Shown here in pieces: positions 58,053 through 64,000 of a stretch of DNA of 64,000 bases. The notes under the pieces were generated by a model, which saw only the letters and a program-made list of their open reading frames with translations, was not told the DNA's origin and made no database searches. Origin of the DNA: an uncultured cyanobacterium (lineage in GTDB: Bacteria > Cyanobacteriota > Cyanobacteriia > PCC-6307 > Cyanobiaceae). Within the stretch, counting starts at the first letter, position 1, and the number at the start of each line of letters is the position of its first letter. The stretch is taken from positions 128,001 through 192,000 of the forward strand of contig CAVXWZ010000002.1 of assembly GCA_963765575.1 (NCBI GenBank), in the 5' to 3' direction. The position numbers were made by a program, and so were the translations under genes.

Positions 58053-59292
58053 GCGCATCGCGGTCACCGGCTGGGGGGCCATCACCCCGCTGGCCGCCGA
58101 TGCCGACGCCACCTGGGCGGCCATGGTCGCGGGCCACTCCGGCATTACGGCCCTAGACCAGGCCTGGGCCAGCGACCTGCCCGCCCGCATCGGCGGCTGC
58201 GTTGCCGAGGACATCGCCAGCGAGCTCGAACCGCTCCAGCGCCGCCGCCTGGATCGCTGCTCCCAGCTCGGCCTGCTGGCCGCGCGCCAGGCCTGGGCCC
58301 AGGCCCGACCGCAGCTGGCGGGGATCGATGCGGCCCGGGTGGCGGTGGTGATCGGCACGGGCATCGGCGGGCTGGCGACCCTGGAGCGGCAGCACCGCAA
58401 TCTGCTGGAGGCCGGCCCGAGCCGGGTCAATCCGCTCACCGTGCCGATGCTGATTCCCAATGCCGCAGCCGGCCAGATCGCCATTGACCTGGGCTTGCAT
58501 GGCGGCGCCCACACGCCGGTGTCGGCCTGCGCCTCCGGAGCGGAAGCGCTGCTGCTGGCCCAACTGCTGCTCAACGACGACCGCGCCGACGTGGTCATCG
58601 CCGGCGGCAGTGAGGCGCCCGTGAACCGGCTGGGCCTGGTGGGCTTTGCGGCCATGCGTGCCCTCTCCTGCCGCAATGGGGCCCCGGATCAGGCCTCCCG
58701 CCCCTACGGCCGCGACCGGGACGGCTTCGTGCTCTCGGAGGGGGCGGGGGCGCTGGTGTTGCAGCGGCAGAGCGACCTTGCCCCCGGCGCTCCCCAACCC
58801 CTGGGCTGGCTGCTCGCCTGCGGCAGCAGCAGCGACGGCCACCACATCGTGGCGCCGGAGCCGCAGGGGCTGCGGGCCAGCGCCGCCATGGCCGACGCCC
58901 TCAGACGGGCCGACATCGGCGTTGACGCCCTGAGCTTCGTGCAGGCCCATGCCACCGGCACGCCGCTGGGCGATCTGGCGGAGGCCCGGGCGCTGGCCCG
59001 AACCCTGGGTGCCCGCGTCGAGGACCTGCCGGTGACGGCCCCGAAGGGCCAGCTGGGCCACCTGCTCGGAGCCGCCGGAGCCGTGGAGACGATCCTGGTG
59101 CTGCAGGCCCTGCGCCAGGGCCTTGTGCCCCGCAGTGTCAACGCCGACCCCCTCGACCCGGCGATCGCGCTGGCGGTGGTACAGGACGGTCCACTCCGGC
59201 TGCCGGGCGGTGCCGACGGCGGCGAGCGCTACGCCCTCAAGAACGCCTTCGGTTTCGGCGGCCACAACATCAGCCTGGTGCTGGCGGCCTGA
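58036..59292 (+). CDS. Beta-ketoacyl-ACP synthase (FabF-like)
   Basis: VTGWGAITP, catalytic Cys in SACASG, HATGT, KGQLGH, NAFGFGGHN. Confidence 0.92.
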   Translation: MARTTERIAVTGWGAITPLAADADATWAAMVAGHSGITALDQAWASDLPARIGGCVAEDIASELEPLQRRRLDRCSQLGLLAARQAWAQARPQLAGIDAARVAVVIGTGIGGLATLERQHRNLLEAGPSRVNPLTVPMLIPNAAAGQIAIDLGLHGGAHTPVSACASGAEALLLAQLLLNDDRADVVIAGGSEAPVNRLGLVGFAAMRALSCRNGAPDQASRPYGRDRDGFVLSEGAGALVLQRQSDLAPGAPQPLGWLLACGSSSDGHHIVAPEPQGLRASAAMADALRRADIGVDALSFVQAHATGTPLGDLAEARALARTLGARVEDLPVTAPKGQLGHLLGAAGAVETILVLQALRQGLVPRSVNADPLDPAIALAVVQDGPLRLPGGADGGERYALKNAFGFGGHNISLVLAA

Positions 59293-61312
59293 GGGCGGGG
59301 CCGGCGTAGTGGGCCTGAACGGCCTGCACGAAGGCGCGGCGGTCGCCCGGCTGCTCCTGGATCTGCAGCTCCCGGGCGCGGCCCCGGCGGCAGTGGATCG
59401 TGGCCAGGGGGGCCGTGAGCCGGGAGAGCAGCAACCGCAGCGGCCGATAGAGGTCGCTGGCCGAAGTGGAAAGCCCGTAGTAGCTGAAGGTCCAGGGCAC
59501 GATCAGGGCTCCATGCTTGCGGGCCAGGATCAGGGCGCTGGCGGAAACCCGCTCGCTGATCGGCGTCACCAGGGAGCCATTGGGGGCCAGCATCACCTGG
59601 CCACGCTGGGCCAGCGTGCGCGACGCCCCGTACACGGCCGAGGTGCGCGAGCGGCCATCGCGATGGTCCATCAGGCCATGGCCGGCATTCGCCGCCGAGG
59701 CCGCGAACCAGGGCATGATCCGGCTCAGGTGCAGGCTGGCGGTGGTGATGCTGGGGAGCCGCAGCACCCCCTGAACCACCAGCACATCGGCGGGGTGCTC
59801 GTGGTTCCAGATGTGCACCAGGGGAAGGCCCTCGGGCTCGCTGGGATGGCTGTCATCCACCACCACGCTGATGCCCAGGGCCCGCAGTCCCACCAGGGCC
59901 GTGGCGACGAGCAAGCGGGCGGCCAGCCGGCGGCAGCCCAGAGCCAGCGCCAGCAGTTGCAGCCCGTAGACCAGGAAATAGGAGACCCCCCAGAAGGATC
60001 GGGCCAGCACCCGCAGCGGCAGCAGCAGGCGGTTGTCCCGGGCCGCTTGGCCGGGGGCGGGAAGCTGCGGGCGCGGTGACAGCCGGCGGGCCTCCGGTCC
60101 AATGGGGAAGGTGGTGCGGAAGGGGAAGTCGCCGTCGAAATTGCCGTTCACCTGCGTGGTGGTCACCAGGTGGTCGTAGAAGCGGTAAAAGAGCGGCCGG
60201 TCGCTGGTATGGGGTTCGCGCCAGAACTGATCCAGGGGCTGCTGATCGGTGAGACCGGGGAGGTTGTAGAAGGTCTGGCCCATCACCTTGGTGGGTACCG
60301 CGTGATAAAGGGCCTGCAGTCCCACGGAGCTGTTGACGGTCACCACGCCGCGACAGGTGCGCAGGAAGCGGCTGAGGGCACCGTCATGGAAGTAGTGCAC
60401 CCGGCCCGCCAGCCCATGGCGATGGGCCAACAACTGGATCAGCCGTCCGTAGTGGTTGTAGCCCCGGTCGCGGGGGTGGTGCTTGAAGGCGAGGTGGTCG
60501 GAGGCATGGGCATGGCGGGCAAAGGAGGTGATCACGTCTTCGATGAAGTCGTGCATTCCCCGGTAGGGCGAACCCAGCTGCACCTGGGAATCACTCGACA
60601 CCTGCAACACCACCAGAAAGAACGAGAGGTGCTCCAGCAGGCGCTGTTTCAGGGTGCGCTGCTGCCAGCGATAGAGCCAGTAGCGCCAGTTGCCGCGCAG
60701 CTGGCACCAGAGAAAACGCGGCGAGGGCTGCAGCTTGTGCTCACCCTCGATGATCGGGTACCGGGTGAAGGCGTGCTGGATGAAGGTGGGGGCCTTCCAG
60801 AGCTTGCGCCAGCGCCAGCCGGGATCCAGCTGGCCCTGGGGGAGCGCATCCACCGGCGGCAACTGGTGGTAGAAGTCGGCGGGCTGGTTGAGATTGGAGC
60901 GGGCATTGACCCGCTCGCGCTCAAGGGTCACGTAGTTGGGCCGGATGTAGCCGAGCTCGAACACCCAGGCCTCGATGCCGGCGCTGCGCGCCTCTTCGAT
61001 GGCCATGCGGTGGGGAATGATGAAGTCGCCATACATGAAGATGTGGCGAATTCCGCGCTCGACGATCAGCTGGCGCAGAAACGGCCGCCACTCCTCCATC
61101 GAGCCACTGAAGGGCACCCGCACCTCCCGGGGGAAGCCGAACTCATGCAGCGGGAAGCTCACCTTGGTGACGGGAATGCCGCAGCCGCGCAGGTAGCGGC
61201 AGAAGCGGGCGAAGAACAGTCCGATCGGCCCCATCAGCAGCAACACCGGCCCGTCGATCTGCACCTGAACCAACTGCACCGGAGCCGGAGCGGGGGCCCG
61301 TTCTGTGGTCAA
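59270..61312 (-). CDS. kpsS: KpsS-like capsule glycolipid Kdo-transferase fused to a C-terminal PlsC-like acyltransferase domain
   Basis: LLLMGPIG, VFELGYIRPNYVTLE, QVSSDSQ, KHHPRDRG, VNSSVG; then a TM-like segment, NHEHPAD (NHx4D) and LAPNGS. Confidence 0.82.
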   Translation of the reverse strand: MTTERAPAPAPVQLVQVQIDGPVLLLMGPIGLFFARFCRYLRGCGIPVTKVSFPLHEFGFPREVRVPFSGSMEEWRPFLRQLIVERGIRHIFMYGDFIIPHRMAIEEARSAGIEAWVFELGYIRPNYVTLERERVNARSNLNQPADFYHQLPPVDALPQGQLDPGWRWRKLWKAPTFIQHAFTRYPIIEGEHKLQPSPRFLWCQLRGNWRYWLYRWQQRTLKQRLLEHLSFFLVVLQVSSDSQVQLGSPYRGMHDFIEDVITSFARHAHASDHLAFKHHPRDRGYNHYGRLIQLLAHRHGLAGRVHYFHDGALSRFLRTCRGVVTVNSSVGLQALYHAVPTKVMGQTFYNLPGLTDQQPLDQFWREPHTSDRPLFYRFYDHLVTTTQVNGNFDGDFPFRTTFPIGPEARRLSPRPQLPAPGQAARDNRLLLPLRVLARSFWGVSYFLVYGLQLLALALGCRRLAARLLVATALVGLRALGISVVVDDSHPSEPEGLPLVHIWNHEHPADVLVVQGVLRLPSITTASLHLSRIMPWFAASAANAGHGLMDHRDGRSRTSAVYGASRTLAQRGQVMLAPNGSLVTPISERVSASALILARKHGALIVPWTFSYYGLSTSASDLYRPLRLLLSRLTAPLATIHCRRGRARELQIQEQPGDRRAFVQAVQAHYAGPALRPPAPG

Positions 61313-61367
61313 CGCGGTGTCCTGCAGGGCAATGCCTGGCTCAACTCTGCCACCCCAGGCAAGGCGC

Positions 61368-63377
61368 TCAGCGCTGCCGCAGCCGCCCCCAGTGCCGGAA
61401 GATCCGCTGCCGCAGGCTCAGGGGACGGGGCGGTGCCGAGCGCCAGGCCAGCAACTCCTCGATCGCCTGCTCCGGCTCGATGAACAGGCCGCTATGGCGG
61501 CTCACGTACAGCGGATAGTCGATCAGGGCGGCATGGACCAGGGCATCCAGGGGCAGGGGCCGCCCCCGGCGCTCGCAGCTCAGGCGGTCGTGGCTGAGGC
61601 CCCAGCCGGCGTAGAAGGGCAAGCCCCAGGTGTGCACCTCCAGCTCCCGCAGCAGGGCCTCGAAACCGGCGATCGAGGTGAGCACGTGCAGGGCATCGAC
61701 CTGGGTGAACAATTGCTGGATCGAGGCGTCCACCAGCAGCTCGTCACACCAGTCCAGTGCCGCGTGTTCCCCCGAACCCGGCCGGCACAGCCCCGCCACC
61801 ACGTCGGGGTGGGGCTTGTAGACGAGATGGGCCGAGGGCTCGGCGGCCCGCACCGCCTGCAGCAGAGCCAGATTGGTGCGCAGCCCGGGGGCCCCCAGCC
61901 GGATTGAGGCATCGGCTTCCACCTGTCCCACCACCAGCACCACCCGGCGGGCAGCGTCCGGACGGCGCCAGGCCGGGGCCAGGAGGTTGTACTTCGTGAT
62001 CGCCTGCTCCACCAGCCGGCTGCGCAGACCCCGGGCCCGCAGCAGTTGCCTGTCGTCCCATGACCCGGTGGCCAGCAGCTGTTCGAGCTCACTGGGGGCG
62101 CTGGCGTCGTAATAGATGCCGCGCCGGTCGATCACCCAGGACATCGGATCGATCAGGTCGGCCCCAAGCCCCACCGAGCGCAGGAAGCCGTCCTCGGCGT
62201 GCAGCAGCGGCAGATCGCGGCGGCGGGCCGCCTGCAGCAGGGCGGGCTTGGCGCGCCGGCCCCACACCGCCAGCGCCTCGGCGCGGCGGCCCGGCCGCTG
62301 CCAGGGAAACCGGAACCGCAACCGGCTGCCGGCCAGGAAGCGGCGCAGCACCCGCTGTTTCCAGGGGGTGAAGCCGAAGGCCTCGATGCGCTCGGGATTG
62401 CGGCAACGGTGCCGGCGCTGCAGGCCGATCGCCGTGATCAGGTCCTCCACCGCGCAGGGCCGCTGCCGGTGGGGATCGATGTACACGGCGTAATCGACCA
62501 GGGCCGCATGGATCAGATCACCGAGCTGCCGCGGCCCCCGCCGCGCGGGCGCGGGGGCGTGGTCCCGGGTGAGTCCCCAGCCGCCATAGAAGGGCATGCC
62601 GAAGCAGTGCACCGGCCGGCCCCAGAGCAGGGCCTCAAAGCCCAGCTGGGAGGTGACCACATACACCGCCTCAGCCCGCTCGAGCAGGGCCGCGGGGTGG
62701 CCGCCGCTGGCCTCGAGCTTGATGCGCGGATGCCGCAACTGGCGGGCCTGGAAATGGCCGCGCTTGCGGCCGCGGACCACATCCGGATGGGTCTTGACGA
62801 CCACCGTGCGCTGCGGATGGTCGGCCAGGGCGGCGGCGAGCATGGCGGCGAAGCTGCCGCGATCGGCCCCACCCAGGCCGATCGAGAGGTCACCGGCCGT
62901 CTGATCGACCACCAGCACGAAGGGCTCGGCCGGCGCCGCCGCCTCGCGGCTGCCGTTGTACTTGCTCACCCGCTGCTGGCACCACAGGCGGCGGATGGCG
63001 GCGGCCCGCAGCAACTGGGCCGGGCTGTGGGCGGCAGCGATCAGGCGCTCCAGGCGGGAGGGGGCGGCGGCGGCGTAATAGATGCCGGCGTCATCGATCA
63101 CCAGGCCCAGGGGCACGCTGTCGGGCCCCAGGCCCAGGGAACGCAGAAAGGCGTCTTCACAGCGCCAGAGCGGCAGCTTGCGCCGCCGTGCCAGCCGCTC
63201 GGCCCGGCGGGCGCTGGGCTTGTGGCCCCAGGCCAGCAGGGCATCGAGCTCGGCGCCGGCGCAGCGGGCCGCCCCGCTCACCAGGTGGTGGTCGGCCAGC
63301 AGCGCCGCCAGGGTGCTGTGGCGCAGCATGCCGGCGGCCGGCAGCCCCAGACGGGCCGCGGGGAGAGGAGAGGCCAA
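61368..63377 (-). CDS. kpsC: KpsC-like two-domain capsule Kdo-transferase
   Basis: Tandem domains each with ED.FLRS, QTAGD/QVEAD, K.HPD, TS..GFEALL and G.PFY.GWGL. Confidence 0.9.
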   Translation of the reverse strand: MASPLPAARLGLPAAGMLRHSTLAALLADHHLVSGAARCAGAELDALLAWGHKPSARRAERLARRRKLPLWRCEDAFLRSLGLGPDSVPLGLVIDDAGIYYAAAAPSRLERLIAAAHSPAQLLRAAAIRRLWCQQRVSKYNGSREAAAPAEPFVLVVDQTAGDLSIGLGGADRGSFAAMLAAALADHPQRTVVVKTHPDVVRGRKRGHFQARQLRHPRIKLEASGGHPAALLERAEAVYVVTSQLGFEALLWGRPVHCFGMPFYGGWGLTRDHAPAPARRGPRQLGDLIHAALVDYAVYIDPHRQRPCAVEDLITAIGLQRRHRCRNPERIEAFGFTPWKQRVLRRFLAGSRLRFRFPWQRPGRRAEALAVWGRRAKPALLQAARRRDLPLLHAEDGFLRSVGLGADLIDPMSWVIDRRGIYYDASAPSELEQLLATGSWDDRQLLRARGLRSRLVEQAITKYNLLAPAWRRPDAARRVVLVVGQVEADASIRLGAPGLRTNLALLQAVRAAEPSAHLVYKPHPDVVAGLCRPGSGEHAALDWCDELLVDASIQQLFTQVDALHVLTSIAGFEALLRELEVHTWGLPFYAGWGLSHDRLSCERRGRPLPLDALVHAALIDYPLYVSRHSGLFIEPEQAIEELLAWRSAPPRPLSLRQRIFRHWGRLRQR

Positions 63378-63441
63378 GGGCGTGGAGGCGCCTGCAGGCG
63401 GGGCGCCTGGCTGGAGCGGGGCTCAGGTTACCGACCGCGCC

Positions 63442-63744
63442 ATGGCTGCTACGTTCAGCCCCACCGCTGCCGGGGACACGGCCAAGGTGCTGATCGACAG
63501 CTTCATGGACTCCTCCATCGACCGGCTCTGCGCGGCGGTCGCTGAAGAGGTGGGCATGCCCGTGGGGCGGGTCCGCCGGGTGGTGCTGGCCCTCCAGCGC
63601 CAGCGGCAGCGCTCCATGGCCGGCATCGCGGCGGCGAGCGCCGCGGCTCCCGGTCTGGAGGCCGCTGCGCCCGATGATCCCCTGCGCTGGTATCCGCTCG
63701 GGGCCAATGGCCGGCTGCGTCCCCCCGGGCCGGATCAGCCATGA
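63442..63744 (+). CDS. Small hypothetical protein with a possible helix-turn-helix
   Basis: ATG 63442; VAEEVGMPVGRVRRVV; stop overlaps the next ATG. Confidence 0.55.
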   Translation: MAATFSPTAAGDTAKVLIDSFMDSSIDRLCAAVAEEVGMPVGRVRRVVLALQRQRQRSMAGIAAASAAAPGLEAAAPDDPLRWYPLGANGRLRPPGPDQP

Positions 63745-64000
63745 GCAGCCCCGGCGCCGCGGCCGCCATCGATTCCGACCTGCCGGCCCTGGCCCTGATC
63801 CCGGCACGGGGCGGCTCCAAGGGCGTGCCGGGCAAGAACCTCCGCAGCGTGGGGGATGTCGCTCTGCTCGCCCGTACGGTGCGTGCCAGCAGAGCGGCCC
63901 ACAGCATCGGTCCCGTGTGGGTGAGCAGCGACGACACGGCCATCGGCGCCCTCGCCGAGCGTGAAGGGGCCGGCTGGTTGCGGCGACCAGCCGACCTGGC
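63741..64000 (+). CDS. Acylneuraminate cytidylyltransferase family protein (NeuA-like), truncated by the window end
   Basis: Manual translation ALIPARGGSKGVPGKNLRSVG...VWVSSDD...RRPADL; not in the ORF track because no stop lies in the window. Confidence 0.88.
   Translation, partial: MSSPGAAAAIDSDLPALALIPARGGSKGVPGKNLRSVGDVALLARTVRASRAAHSIGPVWVSSDDTAIGALAEREGAGWLRRPADL

Overview
High-GC picocyanobacterial (Cyanobium/Synechococcus-like) chromosomal segment. Positions 1-55200 are core housekeeping and photosynthesis genes: rnz, psbV, petF, prmA, serA, tRNA-Val(GAC), murD, rpoZ, pyrR, gpmI, secG, msrB, groES/groEL with a CIRCE box, both ATP synthase operons, pepP, nadD/nadE, ald, apcE-apcABC, ftsW, ccdA/ccs1, queF, glnB with an NtcA box, tlyA and purB. 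After purB an accessory cell-surface island begins (55238 to the window end). It contains a Wza/KpsD-like exporter, an OlsB/OlsF-type GNAT N-acyltransferase, a dedicated ACP and FabF-like ketosynthase, a KpsS protein fused to a PlsC-like acyltransferase domain, a two-domain KpsC, a small orphan ORF and a truncated NeuA-type cytidylyltransferase. The best candidate for an undescribed system is this capsule module, which may build its own lipid anchor, possibly an amino-acid lipid; that function is inference. Two clear single-base frameshifts (gpmI and a HAD hydrolase) and one probable one (a small unannotated gene) lie in G-runs and are most likely sequencing indels. No CRISPR array, rRNA or mobile element was seen. 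All family calls come from motif recognition by eye, not database searches.
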